Counted from the stretch's first letter, positions 20,764 through 31,788 are shown. The stretch: DNA of 64,000 nucleotides from Candidatus Buchananbacteria bacterium (GCA_030650095.1 JAUSEE010000001.1:8199-72198), one strand, 5' to 3'. Translations and numbers: made by a program. The notes: a model not told the origin generated them from the letters alone.

Positions 20764-22569
20764 TTAGTAGGCAAAATCCCTTATGACCGGCAAACCTTCT
20801 ACAAAACCGCTCAAAGCTTTGGGCGGATTGGCTGTTAGGCGGCCATCATAAATAACTCTTTCAGACCCTTGTAAAATTTCAGCAAAAGTTCGGCCGAAAT
20901 CAAAGGCTTTAGCAATCACTAAACCTAAAACGGTAAAAGATTTATCGGAATCGCCGGAAAAAAATACACCGCAGCCGTTTTGTTGGTATTTATGATAATC
21001 AGGGCTAGATGAAGCTGATAACTGGCAAGCTGTGACTCCATCGCCTAAAACTACAAATACGCCAACAACATCCGTGACACTGGGATCAATAATAACATCG
21101 CCTTTTACTATCCACACCACGGAAGCTAATTCATTTAATTTTGAAGGAATGCTTGAACTGTAAGAAATATTACTTTCAATCTTTAAATTGCCATCTACAA
21201 TTATTATACCATTTCCTGGCACATTAGCGCTACCATTTACAAATTGCAGTTGACTGGTAATTTGCAGATTATCTTTAAAATGATAAACCTCACCTTTTAA
21301 TACGTCTCCGCTGGGCCCAGTCCAAGAACTTTGCGACAAATCATTAACTATTTGTCCGTATTTATTTCTGGTTCCACCGGATGCTACTTTATTAATCATG
21401 CCAGCCATATCAATTTTACCCAAAGCATTCCTATAAATACCTCCGCTAGGTGATTTCTCTAAAAAACCGGTATCCACGCCTTGCACCAGACCGCTGGCGA
21501 TATCTTCGCAATTTTGGGATTTGATGTTGGCATTAATATCTTCCGCCAAGATACAATAAGTGGCATTGTTGCCGGAAGAGCCGGCTTTCTGCCTCACCCA
21601 TTTGGGCGTATAAATAGAGCCATAAAGAGTTTGCAGCCAAGGAAAGACAGTATAACCGGAGCCGAATTCGGAATTAAAATGCACCCAACCGGCTCCGTTC
21701 AAGCCATCACCCGTTCCATTCCAGGACCAGCCCACTAATTGGCCATCGCCCAGATTTTTGTTGACACCATAGAGTTCACAACTAGTGCATTTGCCATTGT
21801 AGCCGCCATCGGTATTGCAAACTATTCTAGATGTGCCAGAAACTGCTCCACTTATCTTGTGGCAATCGGAACAACTGGTGCAAATATTGCCACTGCCGTT
21901 TACTACTGATTCTTCGTTGGGATTGGGTATGTTAACGCCGTCAAAATTAGTTTTGGTAAAACAAGTATTACAACTGTCAAATTCCGTATCTGAATAAGCT
22001 AAACAGGGCGGCACTTCCACCGGCACAGGCGGCGTGCCTTGCATCACAATAGTCCACTGTGTGCATTTGGGCTGACAATCGTAGCAAGCTTCGCCAAAAG
22101 ACGCTCCCTGATAACTGCCACGGCCCAGTTTCATCCAGCCATCGCCGTCCAAAGATAATACTTTGGCCCAGCCGGTTATCTTGCCGGTTAAACTGTCCAT
22201 GGTGGTATCCAAACCTCCAGTGGGAGGAGCGCCCAAGCAACCGACGCTGGAATCGCCTCGGCCATTGCCAAAACAAACCCAACCGACATTCTCCGACCAG
22301 CCATAACCGGAAATATTGTTGCCGGAATCTATTTTAACGCTGTAATCTACTCCGCTGGAAAGACATTCACCGGGATTAAGCAACAAGCAATTGTTGGAAT
22401 TTAAAGATATCCAGCCATAATTATCCGACCAAAGCCAGCCGGCAAAAGAAAAAGTTATGCCTTGTGATTCAACCGGCCTAAAACCATAACCAAATAATCC
22501 AACCAAGCCCACTAAGGCCACGATCAGAATAATTAAGATTGGTTTAATTATTTTATATGTTAAGAGCAT
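20764..22569 (-). CDS. Secreted or anchored Cys-rich pilus-associated protein
   Basis: Signal/TM segment, repeated GWLWSDNYGWIS-type motifs, CxxC-rich middle, beta-solenoid-like C-terminus (IIVDGNLKI). Confidence 0.7.
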   Translation of the reverse strand: MLLTYKIIKPILIILIVALVGLVGLFGYGFRPVESQGITFSFAGWLWSDNYGWISLNSNNCLLLNPGECLSSGVDYSVKIDSGNNISGYGWSENVGWVCFGNGRGDSSVGCLGAPPTGGLDTTMDSLTGKITGWAKVLSLDGDGWMKLGRGSYQGASFGEACYDCQPKCTQWTIVMQGTPPVPVEVPPCLAYSDTEFDSCNTCFTKTNFDGVNIPNPNEESVVNGSGNICTSCSDCHKISGAVSGTSRIVCNTDGGYNGKCTSCELYGVNKNLGDGQLVGWSWNGTGDGLNGAGWVHFNSEFGSGYTVFPWLQTLYGSIYTPKWVRQKAGSSGNNATYCILAEDINANIKSQNCEDIASGLVQGVDTGFLEKSPSGGIYRNALGKIDMAGMINKVASGGTRNKYGQIVNDLSQSSWTGPSGDVLKGEVYHFKDNLQITSQLQFVNGSANVPGNGIIIVDGNLKIESNISYSSSIPSKLNELASVVWIVKGDVIIDPSVTDVVGVFVVLGDGVTACQLSASSSPDYHKYQQNGCGVFFSGDSDKSFTVLGLVIAKAFDFGRTFAEILQGSERVIYDGRLTANPPKALSGFVEGLPVIRDFAY

Positions 22570-22641
22570 TAATCTTGGTAAAAAATAAAAATTATTCTTT
22601 CAATTTAAAGTATTATGGCTCTGTTTGATAAGAATGTTGGC

Positions 22642-25600
22642 TTATAAATTACAACAATAAATTCTTTGTTCTTGAGTGCCACCCGCACCAACTTCTCTAA
22701 TGTCAACGCCAGCCATATACTGCACGCCAGGACATACCGCTCCAAGTTGACTCCAACCTGTCCAAGTACAATTCCCTCGAGAATTACTATCCGCTGTGAT
22801 ATTGCCACTCATAGTTATGCTGCCATTTGAAGTGGAATTACCATCAAGAAATAAGTCACCTGATATTCCCGTATTGTCGTTAATAAATAATCTGCCCGAA
22901 TTAGCTGTACCGTCATTGTGAATGCCGTAGCGGACATCCATCCAATCGTCAACTAAAACATCACTTTCACCAAAACCTGGCCAAATTGAACTAATAATAG
23001 AATTGCCGTTGGTCTCTAGCCGCATAGTCATATTGTGATTGCCCAAATTATCACTGGTGGCAGCGGCATTAGCCGGAGCCCAGGCCGAACCGTTCCAAGT
23101 TAGAACTTGGTTGCTACTTGGAGTAGTCGCCGAAATTACGCGTCCTTGCAATTGATTAGCATTCCATACAGCCGAACCGATTTGAGCTGAAAATTGAGTG
23201 CCACTTAGTGTTAAGCCGCTACCAGCCGTATAAGTGTTGCCAGAGCTTGGAGTTGACGGCACCCAACCCAATAATGAATCATAAGTCAATACTTGTCCGG
23301 CGGTTGGACCACCAGACCACCCATCAGAAACATTACGCCCTAATAATTTATTGGCGTTCCATATAGCCGAGCCAGCTTGAGCTGAAAATTGAGTGCCACT
23401 TAGTGTTAAGCCGCTACCAGCAGAATAAGAAGTGCCGCCCGTGTCAGCTGCCGGAGCCCAAGATGAGCCGTTCCATTTCAAGACTTGTCCGCTGGCCGGA
23501 GCGGTAACCGCAATTGAGCGTCCTTGAAGCTCATTAGAATTCCATAGGGCCGAGCCAGCTTGAGCTGAAAATTGAGTGCCAGTTAAAGTTAAGCCGCTAC
23601 CAGCAGAATAGGTGCTACCACTTGTGGGCGTGCCGCAAACCAAGCCGCCATTGAAGCCCGTGACATATTGGCCAGTCGAACAATTGGAGTTTGCGATCCT
23701 TGCCACCGGCACAGAACCGACAGCTAAGGTTCCGGACTGATCCACTCGGAATATATCGGCGTTATTGGCGCTATTTCTAATATTAAATGGACTCCAACCG
23801 CTAGCTGAAATTAATCTTAACCTCTCCCCATTGGGAAATTGGTCACTGCCATCAATTTGAAGTTTAGCTCCTGGACTAGTAGAATTTATCCCCACTGATC
23901 CAACTTGTGTAATGGTAAGAATTTTTTCTCCACCATAAGCACTTGCCTGTTCAATATAAAAATTTTTATAATCATTCCATGCGGAATATATTTCCCATGT
24001 TGCGGTATCATCTGTTTGTAATCTCAAACCTGATTTGCCATTTCCAGGCACACTACCGCCCTGGAGTGTTAGCTGGGGTCCATTAACATCGAGCACATGT
24101 AATTTGGTATTAGTTGTGCCAGGCTGGCCAATACTTAATTGCCCTTGGATATAAGCTCCATCCACAATACTTAATTTCCCACCGTAATCAGTGCCATCAT
24201 TATGAAGATTGCCCCTTACATCCATACTGTCATTAACCACCACATCGGTTTCGCCAGTGCTTAGATAGTTAATAATTTGTTGGCCATTGGTACTTAAAAC
24301 TTGAGTCATGGTGTGATTACCTAAATTATCGGCTCCACCACTAACTGTCCGCCACTCGGCATTACCAGTATTATCAATAGCTGTTAAAACTTTATTATTG
24401 GACGGACTGCCATAATTAATCTGAATTGGGCCTTCAATCCTAAGTTTATCATTTCCATCACCCACCCAAATAGTATCAGCACCGTTACCAGTGCTATAAA
24501 TTGAATTTGTATAAAGACTGCCAGCGCTTGATAAAAACACATCGCCAGCAACATCCAGTCTACGATTAGTAGACGGATTGGTTGTACCAATACCAACCTG
24601 GCCTAAAGCATTGCTAAATATTACTGAATTACCAAGAGTATCGGCTGCCGTAAATTTCGGCACATAATTAAGTGTTCCACTACCGCCGATTCCACCGGCG
24701 GCGCCACCCGCCAAACTAACCCAACCTGTGGCAGTACGGCCTTCAAAACCAGATCCTGTATAACGGATTGTCCCAGGATTGTTATTAGTCGTGTTGCCTA
24801 ATTTAACCGCCCCATTAACTTCTAATTTTTCCGCCGGTGACATAGTCCCGATGCCGACATTGCCGCCGTTTTTAATAATCATTCTAACATTACTATCTAG
24901 AGTGACATTATTAATATCATTTGCCGCTCCGGAGGGCGCCGTAGAAATCAGCCAATCGCCGCTTGGATTGCCATCACTGTCGGCGCTAAATGAAATTCTT
25001 CCGCTCGGTCCGTCATATTCGTAATACCAATTTCCCGTCACCCTGTCCCAATTAGAATTGGAAAAGATGCCGCTGGAAAACTTATCGGCTGAAGTGTAAG
25101 CACCTAATAATTGAATGACGCCCCCGCCGGCGCTGGAATTGTTGGTATTGGGAGAAATATTTAGTGTGGGAGAATAAATAGCCACTACGCCATTTTGATA
25201 TATTGTCATTTGATTGCCGGCACCGTCGCCTCCGCCCAAACTCCAAAAATTTAAGCTCTTGCCGTTTTGATCAACATATATGCCCCAATGATCATTATCA
25301 TTTCCGCCATACTGCAACTGAAGTTCCGGATTTTGAGTATAATCAGAAATTCTAGCCTGTGCGATCCCGGTAGTATCATCATTAATCTCTAATTTTACTT
25401 GCGGACTCGCTGTGCCGATGCCAATTTTGCCATTTTGGCTGATATAAAATCTAACAACGCCATTGGACATTGGGTCCCCATCCTTGGCGTTGGATTGACG
25501 CAGACTAAAATCGCCATATTGGCTCATACTGGTACCTATTGCCCAGTTCCTATTTCCACTATCATTAAACGTGTTATAAAGACCCAAAGTGGCATTGACG

Positions 25601-26418
25601 CCTGATATGGTTAGTCTTTGCTCCGGACTCGCTGTGCCAATGCCGACATTCCAACTCAAATCATTGGGATAAAGTGATGAACCTGTTTGAGTAAAGTAAC
25701 CAGCGCCGGAGCTAACCGGCCAACTGGATTTGCAATTATTGCCAATGCATAATTCACTGGCGCTGAAATGCCCGCTGGAAGTGGCATTGCCACCGGTATC
25801 AACTATAAACCTGTTGGTTCCGCCTTTTTGTAAAAGTAATAAGCTGCCGGCGGAAGCTGAAGCGCTGATATTGCCATAAAGCAAATTCTGTCCCGCTCCC
25901 AAAGTTTCGGCCAAACCGCCAAACATCAATTGTTTGCTAACTTGTAAATTACCATAAACATTCAAACCAAATCCAGTGGCGCCGACTGCCCAATTGCCAA
26001 GATTAAAATTAGTAGAACCGGTTCCATCAACTCTAATAGCTTTACCGTTATTTACGTAAATATCCTTGGTCGTACTGACATTGCCAGTTATTCCAACATT
26101 ACCGCCAAATAGAGCATTGCCGCCAACACTGATTGAACCGGGTTGCGAAGATGGATAATTAAGATAAACCGGAGTATAAATACTGCCGCCGGTTATCGTG
26201 CAAGTGGAACAATCCAGAGATTCGTGCGGGGTTGGTAGTCCAGCTGCGGGACGGCAAATACCGCCACAAACAACATCTGCGCCTTCACACACTAAATCAC
26301 CCTGACTTGCCGGGCAATGAGAAGCCAATACCGGTTGAGGTGAAATAAAAGCCAGAGTTAGAACAATAAGAGCAAGAGAGGTTAGTGATAAGCAATGGGA
26401 TGCTAATTTTAATGACAT
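22642..26418 (-). CDS. Large secreted tail-fibre-like adhesin (1258 aa)
   Basis: Signal peptide; many GNVGIGT..P..KL repeats; three YSAGSGLTLSGTQFSAQ..GQVLKWNG repeats; two DNLGNH repeats; Cys-rich ends. Confidence 0.75.
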   Translation of the reverse strand: MSLKLASHCLSLTSLALIVLTLAFISPQPVLASHCPASQGDLVCEGADVVCGGICRPAAGLPTPHESLDCSTCTITGGSIYTPVYLNYPSSQPGSISVGGNALFGGNVGITGNVSTTKDIYVNNGKAIRVDGTGSTNFNLGNWAVGATGFGLNVYGNLQVSKQLMFGGLAETLGAGQNLLYGNISASASAGSLLLLQKGGTNRFIVDTGGNATSSGHFSASELCIGNNCKSSWPVSSGAGYFTQTGSSLYPNDLSWNVGIGTASPEQRLTISGVNATLGLYNTFNDSGNRNWAIGTSMSQYGDFSLRQSNAKDGDPMSNGVVRFYISQNGKIGIGTASPQVKLEINDDTTGIAQARISDYTQNPELQLQYGGNDNDHWGIYVDQNGKSLNFWSLGGGDGAGNQMTIYQNGVVAIYSPTLNISPNTNNSSAGGGVIQLLGAYTSADKFSSGIFSNSNWDRVTGNWYYEYDGPSGRISFSADSDGNPSGDWLISTAPSGAANDINNVTLDSNVRMIIKNGGNVGIGTMSPAEKLEVNGAVKLGNTTNNNPGTIRYTGSGFEGRTATGWVSLAGGAAGGIGGSGTLNYVPKFTAADTLGNSVIFSNALGQVGIGTTNPSTNRRLDVAGDVFLSSAGSLYTNSIYSTGNGADTIWVGDGNDKLRIEGPIQINYGSPSNNKVLTAIDNTGNAEWRTVSGGADNLGNHTMTQVLSTNGQQIINYLSTGETDVVVNDSMDVRGNLHNDGTDYGGKLSIVDGAYIQGQLSIGQPGTTNTKLHVLDVNGPQLTLQGGSVPGNGKSGLRLQTDDTATWEIYSAWNDYKNFYIEQASAYGGEKILTITQVGSVGINSTSPGAKLQIDGSDQFPNGERLRLISASGWSPFNIRNSANNADIFRVDQSGTLAVGSVPVARIANSNCSTGQYVTGFNGGLVCGTPTSGSTYSAGSGLTLTGTQFSAQAGSALWNSNELQGRSIAVTAPASGQVLKWNGSSWAPAADTGGTSYSAGSGLTLSGTQFSAQAGSAIWNANKLLGRNVSDGWSGGPTAGQVLTYDSLLGWVPSTPSSGNTYTAGSGLTLSGTQFSAQIGSAVWNANQLQGRVISATTPSSNQVLTWNGSAWAPANAAATSDNLGNHNMTMRLETNGNSIISSIWPGFGESDVLVDDWMDVRYGIHNDGTANSGRLFINDNTGISGDLFLDGNSTSNGSITMSGNITADSNSRGNCTWTGWSQLGAVCPGVQYMAGVDIREVGAGGTQEQRIYCCNL

Positions 26419-26453
26419 ATTTTTAATTAGAAATAATTTAGAAATAATAATTT

Positions 26454-27569
26454 TTATTTACAGCAAGCAAAGACCTTAGAGTAATTGCAAGATTTTAAAA
26501 GCGCCTTACCGCCTGTGGCGCTAAATTGCCAAACAGAAGCAATGGAATCACTAGTAGCCACATTCCAACCTCCACAATCATTGGCAGATTTAGCAAACTC
26601 CGGCGAACCACTATTTATCCAAGCTTCTGTGCCACTGGGCATGGCTACACCCGAGCGAATGCTGTAGAGAATTTCTTCGGCGCTGCAAACATGGCTGCCG
26701 GCTATAATTGTATTGCATGTGTCATTGGCGCCGACATAACCGCCTTGGTTGCCATTAAAAGTTTGAGTGGTAACTCCCTTATACTGCCCCAAACCGGCAC
26801 CGGTATCGGCTAAACATTGGCCGGCATCGGTACAAAAATTAGAAGCCGTTACCACGCCAGCGCTGGAAAACTTAACCCGGTCATTGCCGCTGCTCCAAAA
26901 TCTTAAATCATTAGTGCCATTGCCAGCCGGGCCATCATGATAAATGCCCCAATAAGCTCCAACTCCAGCTACGCTTTGAATGTCAATTTCGGCATTAGAA
27001 ACGGTGTTATAGATATGTAAATCCTTATTAGGAGTATCTGTGCCTATACCTATTTTTCCACTTTCGTGAACTCTAAAAACCGGGTTGCCAGATTCATTTT
27101 CTATATTTAAATAAGAATAACCTCCAGCAACCTCACGAGTTATATATAATCCCTCTTTATTACTTGGATTTCCCATATTTATGCTTAATTTAGCAAAAGA
27201 TAGTGGCCAAACCCCAGTTAAAACCTCGCCAATGCCGACATTGCCACCATCATAAAATATGCCGGTCGTCGTGGCTTTCCAGGTTAGAACATCAGCCCAG
27301 GTTGTTTGGCAATCAGTGCCTCCTGTGCCAAAGCATAATTCACTGGTGTTAATGGTTGTTCCTATTGTTAACCCGCCTGATTTTGTTTGATCTATTGGCC
27401 CGGCATTAAGCGGAGGAGCAATATTGCCGGAGGGCGGCGGCAAGGTTGGCTCTTGCCAAACGGCCAAGGCAAAATTAAAGCTGATTGAAAACACAGCTAA
27501 AATAACAGCGGCAAAGATGAAGCCGGCTAAAAACGAATACAATTCCCCTCTGTTTTTATTGCCTTCCAT
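26454..27569 (-). CDS. Secreted adhesin-like protein with Cys-rich (lectin-like?) C-terminus
   Basis: TM/signal, AVWQEPTLPPPSGNIAPPLN, GNVGIG repeats, C-terminal ANDTC..HVCSAEE..W..C..W..C..CC. Confidence 0.7.
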   Translation of the reverse strand: MEGNKNRGELYSFLAGFIFAAVILAVFSISFNFALAVWQEPTLPPPSGNIAPPLNAGPIDQTKSGGLTIGTTINTSELCFGTGGTDCQTTWADVLTWKATTTGIFYDGGNVGIGEVLTGVWPLSFAKLSINMGNPSNKEGLYITREVAGGYSYLNIENESGNPVFRVHESGKIGIGTDTPNKDLHIYNTVSNAEIDIQSVAGVGAYWGIYHDGPAGNGTNDLRFWSSGNDRVKFSSAGVVTASNFCTDAGQCLADTGAGLGQYKGVTTQTFNGNQGGYVGANDTCNTIIAGSHVCSAEEILYSIRSGVAMPSGTEAWINSGSPEFAKSANDCGGWNVATSDSIASVWQFSATGGKALLKSCNYSKVFACCK

Positions 27570-27714
27570 AGAGTAATAAGTCGTGTTGACTTATCAACAG
27601 TTATAATATACAATTTTATTATACAATAAAATCGTGATAATAAGAAGTAAGTTTTATTTATTATAACATAAAATCAACTTCCAATTAAAGCGATCTAATA
27701 ACTAATTAAAAAAT

Positions 27715-28272
27715 ATGGAAAATCTCATTTGGATTATCTTGGCGGCCATAGTAGTAATAGCCTTCTGGCTAATCGCTGTCTACAATGGCTTAATCACTCT
27801 TAAAAACAGAACAGATGAAGCTTGGTCCGACATTGACGTCCAGCTCAAAAGACGTTATGATTTAATCCCCAATTTAATAGAGGCAGTCAAGGGTTACGTC
27901 CAGCATGAACAAGGAACTTTTCAAAAAGTTGTAGAAGCCAGAAACGCCGCCATGAACCAGTCTGGCAGTGTGGAAGACAAAGCTAAAGCGGAAAATATGC
28001 TTTCTTCAACCTTAAAGTCTATTTTTGCCTTGGCCGAAAGCTACCCTGATCTAAAAGCCAACCAAAATTTCTTAAAGCTTCAAGATGAGTTATCCGATAC
28101 CGAAAATAAAATCCAAGCCTCCAGAAGGTTCTACAATGGCAACGCCAGGGATTTCAACATTAAAATTGAAGTTTTTCCTAATAACTTAATAGTTAACATT
28201 TTGAAATTCAAAAAATTTGATTATTTTGAAGCCGAAGCCGGAGAAAAAGAAAACATTGCCGTAAAATTTTAG
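27715..28272 (+). CDS. lemA: LemA family protein
   Basis: YNGL...AWSDIDVQLKRRYDLIPNL, AESYPDLKANQNF, RRFYN. Confidence 0.96.
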   Translation: MENLIWIILAAIVVIAFWLIAVYNGLITLKNRTDEAWSDIDVQLKRRYDLIPNLIEAVKGYVQHEQGTFQKVVEARNAAMNQSGSVEDKAKAENMLSSTLKSIFALAESYPDLKANQNFLKLQDELSDTENKIQASRRFYNGNARDFNIKIEVFPNNLIVNILKFKKFDYFEAEAGEKENIAVKF

Positions 28273-28287
28273 TTATTATTTAAACTT

Positions 28288-28415
28288 AATAAATCTCAAA
28301 TCCAAAATTACAAATATCAAATAAATTATAAATCTAAAATTCCAATGTATTTGTAATTTATAATTTGGTTATTGAAATTTATTTGGAGCTTGAGGTTTTT
28401 TAATTTGTAATTTTT
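28288..28415. repeat. Empty AT-rich inverted-repeat element resembling the four-helix-bundle gene flanks
   Basis: aaatctcaaatccaaaattacaaatatcaa arm vs ttgtaattt..ttggagcttga arm; 28377-28393 = rc(47875-47891). Confidence 0.6.
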
Positions 28416-28422
28416 TTAATGT

Positions 28423-29307
28423 ATGTACAATCAAATTGATTCTAACAAAAGAAAAACTTGGCTACTTATAGTTATTTTTATTGTTTTGATATCGGTTTTG
28501 GGCTATTTTCTGGATTATGCCACAGAAGCCGGTAGTGGCATACTGATTATAGCCATTGTTATATCCATATTAATGAGCCTGTTTGGTTATTTTTCCGGTG
28601 ATAAAGTGGCTCTTATGACTGCCGGGGCTAAACAAATCAAGCCAAATGACAACCCTTATGTTTATAAAATGGTGGAAAATCTTTGCATCACAGCCGGCCT
28701 GCCAACTCCTAAAGTTCATCTTATAGAAGATGAGGCCATTAACGCCTTTGCCACCGGACGTGATCCCAAGCATGCTTCTATCGCTATCACCACCGGAGCT
28801 ATAAGCAGATTAGAGAATGAGGAATTGGAAGGCGTTATCGCTCATGAACTTTCTCATATTAAAAATTATGATATTAGATTAATGACCGTGGTTATTGTTT
28901 TGGTGGGTATTATCGCCTTGCTTTCCGATATGTTCTTGCGTATGACTTTTTTTGGCGGGGGCAAAAGAGATAATGGCAAAGGCGGCCATCCGGTTTTATT
29001 GATTGTTGGATTGGTACTGATAGTACTGTCCCCTATTATCGCCCAGCTGATAAAATTTGCGGTTTCCAGAAAGCGCGAATATTTGGCCGACGCTGCCGGC
29101 TCGCTTCTAACCCGTTATCCCGAAGGACTAGCCAAAGCGCTGGAAAAAATCAAAAATGACCAGGCTGTTTTAAAACGAGCCAACAATGCCACCGCTCATC
29201 TTTATATTTCCAGTCCGTTTAGAGGCACCAAAAAATTCCTAGCCAACGCTTTCTCCACTCACCCGCCACTTGAAGACCGCGTAATTAAATTAAGATCAAT
29301 GGCTTAA
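28423..29307 (+). CDS. htpX: HtpX-like M48 zinc metalloprotease
   Basis: NAFATG, HELSH, SRKREYLAD, STHPP. Confidence 0.95.
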   Translation: MYNQIDSNKRKTWLLIVIFIVLISVLGYFLDYATEAGSGILIIAIVISILMSLFGYFSGDKVALMTAGAKQIKPNDNPYVYKMVENLCITAGLPTPKVHLIEDEAINAFATGRDPKHASIAITTGAISRLENEELEGVIAHELSHIKNYDIRLMTVVIVLVGIIALLSDMFLRMTFFGGGKRDNGKGGHPVLLIVGLVLIVLSPIIAQLIKFAVSRKREYLADAAGSLLTRYPEGLAKALEKIKNDQAVLKRANNATAHLYISSPFRGTKKFLANAFSTHPPLEDRVIKLRSMA

Positions 29308-29310
29308 ATT

Positions 29311-31788
29311 ATGGAAGAGACTTTTGAAAAATTTTCCAACAACTATAAAAAATCATTAAAAAAAGCAGCCGAACTGGCTACTGATCTTGGGCATGAACTG
29401 ATAAACCCTTGGCATATACTCTACGGTCTCATCTCCCAAAGGGGCAGCGTGGGCGCAGAACTTTTAACCTCTTTGGAAATAAAAACAGATGATATTAGGA
29501 ATAATATCGCCAGAATGTCGCAAGGCGATTTTAAAATAGAATTAAAAACAGCGCCTAAATTTTCCCAGCCGGCTAAAAGAATAATTCAGAAATCCATAAA
29601 GATTGCCTACATCAACGAACATAAATACATCGGCACCGAACATCTTTTGGCGGCTATTTTAGAAGCCAATGATGCTAACGTGGAAAGTTTGCTTAATCTG
29701 CTCAAGGTTTCTAAAAATGAAGTTTCCCAGCAAGTTATTGCCATTTTAAAAAGCGCCTCAAAAATACCGGCCCTAACCGAAACCTTCAAAGTCATAGAAA
29801 AAGAAGAAGATTATGAAGATTATGACTTTTTGGAAAAGAAACAATCGGTTTTGGATTTATTCGGCACCGAACTAACCTCCAAGAGAATGCAGAAAAAGAT
29901 TGACTCCGTTATCGGCCGAGACGAGGAAATACTTAGGATTATCCATATACTTTCCAGAAGAAATAAAAACAATCCCATCATTTTGGGCGAACCGGGCGTG
30001 GGAAAAACAGCCATTGTCGAGGGCTTGGCTAAAAAGATTGTAAATGGCGAAGTGCCCGAAACGCTTTTAAATAAAAAAATTTATATGCTGGATTTAACCT
30101 CAACTGTTTCCGGCACTATGTACCGTGGCGAATTTGAGGGCCGAATCAAACAAATAATTGATGAGGTTAGAAACAGGCCGGAAGTTATTCTATTTATAGA
30201 TGAAATACATAATATCGTCGGCACCGGCTCGGCTTCCGGCTCTATGGATGCCGCCAATATTTTAAAACCGGCTTTAGCGCGCGGTGAAATAAGATGCATC
30301 GGCGCCACCACTTTTGGCGATTACAGGAAGAGTATAGAAAACGATCCGGCTCTTAACAGAAGATTCCAGCCGGTTAAGCTGGTTGAACCGTCAGAAATCC
30401 AAACCAAAGAAATTCTGCAAGGCATTAAAAATTATTTTGAAAATTTCCATCGGGTAGAGATAAGCGATGAAGCTATAAACTTTTCCGTGGAACTGAGCCA
30501 AAAATACATCACCGACAAATTTTTGCCGGATAAAGCCATTGATCTTATAGATGAAGCCAGCGCCGCCATTAGGGTCAACAAAAAGCCTTCCGCTTTGGAA
30601 CAAAAAATAAAAAAATTAAGATTAGATATCTTAGAGTTGCAAAAAAAGAAAAATCAAGCCGTAATAGATGAAAATTATGATTTAGCTATCAAGCTAAAAA
30701 ACCAAAGCCAGGAATTGGAAGATGAATTATCTAAGATGGAGGAGCGAATTAAAACGCAAAAAGATAAAATGATCGGTACCATCTTTGGACATGATATCGC
30801 CAAAATAGTGGCTAAATCAACCGGCATACCAGCCGAAGATTTAATCGCCTCGGAAAAAAGAAAAATCATGCGCTTGGATAACTCACTGCAAAAGAAAATT
30901 ATCGGCCAAGATAAGGCGACCAGCTCTATTGCGCAATTCATAAAAAGAGCCAAAGCCGGACTCACACCAGAAAACAAGCCTCTGGCTTCATTTTTACTCC
31001 TAGGACCAAGCGGCACGGGTAAAACCCATACAGCCAGAATATTGGCCGAGGAATTATTCGGCCAACGCGATGCTTTGATCAAAATAGACATGTCCGAATA
31101 CAGTGAAAAATTCAATACTTCCAAATTAATAGGCGCTCCGGCCGGTTATGTCGGTTACAAGGAAAGCGGCCAATTGACCGAAAAAGTAAAACATAAGCCC
31201 TACTCCATAGTTTTGTTTGATGAAATCGAAAAAGCCAACCCCGACATTTTTGATCTTCTACTGCAGGTATTGGAAGACGGTTATTTAACCGACGCCGCCG
31301 GCACTAGAATAAATTTCCGCAATACTATCATTATTATGACTTCCAATATCGGCTCCCAGCACTTTAGCGATAAAAATGAGATGATTGGCTTTGATTCTCA
31401 GACTGGTAAAATTAACAGCCGGCCGAAAGAAAAAATAATGGAAGAAATTAAGGATTTCTTTAAAATAGAATTCATCAACAGACTGGATGAGATTATTTAT
31501 TTTTCTCCCCTCTTGGAAAATGACTTGGAAAAAATAACCAAACTTGAATTTGATGATTTAGCTTCAAAATTATCCAGAAAAGGCATCCAGGCTGAATTTG
31601 ATCAATCAGTGGCCAAAATCATTGCCAAAGAAAGCCAAAAAATTGATCAGGGCGCCAGAGGCATTAAAAAAACCATGCAAAAAATGATAGAATCGATTAT
31701 CTCACAAAAAATGTTGGAAGATGAAATAACTGCCGGCTCAATTATAAAAATAACAGCTGAAAAGGGAAAGATTAAAATTAAGGTTTAA
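29311..31788 (+). CDS. clpC: ATP-dependent Clp protease ATPase subunit (ClpC-like)
   Basis: Clp N domains; two AAA modules GEPGVGKT and GPSGTGKT; UVR-like coiled coil. Confidence 0.93.
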   Translation: MEETFEKFSNNYKKSLKKAAELATDLGHELINPWHILYGLISQRGSVGAELLTSLEIKTDDIRNNIARMSQGDFKIELKTAPKFSQPAKRIIQKSIKIAYINEHKYIGTEHLLAAILEANDANVESLLNLLKVSKNEVSQQVIAILKSASKIPALTETFKVIEKEEDYEDYDFLEKKQSVLDLFGTELTSKRMQKKIDSVIGRDEEILRIIHILSRRNKNNPIILGEPGVGKTAIVEGLAKKIVNGEVPETLLNKKIYMLDLTSTVSGTMYRGEFEGRIKQIIDEVRNRPEVILFIDEIHNIVGTGSASGSMDAANILKPALARGEIRCIGATTFGDYRKSIENDPALNRRFQPVKLVEPSEIQTKEILQGIKNYFENFHRVEISDEAINFSVELSQKYITDKFLPDKAIDLIDEASAAIRVNKKPSALEQKIKKLRLDILELQKKKNQAVIDENYDLAIKLKNQSQELEDELSKMEERIKTQKDKMIGTIFGHDIAKIVAKSTGIPAEDLIASEKRKIMRLDNSLQKKIIGQDKATSSIAQFIKRAKAGLTPENKPLASFLLLGPSGTGKTHTARILAEELFGQRDALIKIDMSEYSEKFNTSKLIGAPAGYVGYKESGQLTEKVKHKPYSIVLFDEIEKANPDIFDLLLQVLEDGYLTDAAGTRINFRNTIIIMTSNIGSQHFSDKNEMIGFDSQTGKINSRPKEKIMEEIKDFFKIEFINRLDEIIYFSPLLENDLEKITKLEFDDLASKLSRKGIQAEFDQSVAKIIAKESQKIDQGARGIKKTMQKMIESIISQKMLEDEITAGSIIKITAEKGKIKIKV

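Noticed and set aside
21858-21872. CxxCH heme-binding motif (CSDCH) in the 601-aa protein
   Set aside because: Single occurrence within a CxxC-rich disulfide region; no cytochrome c maturation genes seen
22642-27569. Prophage, suggested by tail-fibre-like repeats
   Set aside because: Proteins have signal peptides and no capsid, terminase or portal genes are present
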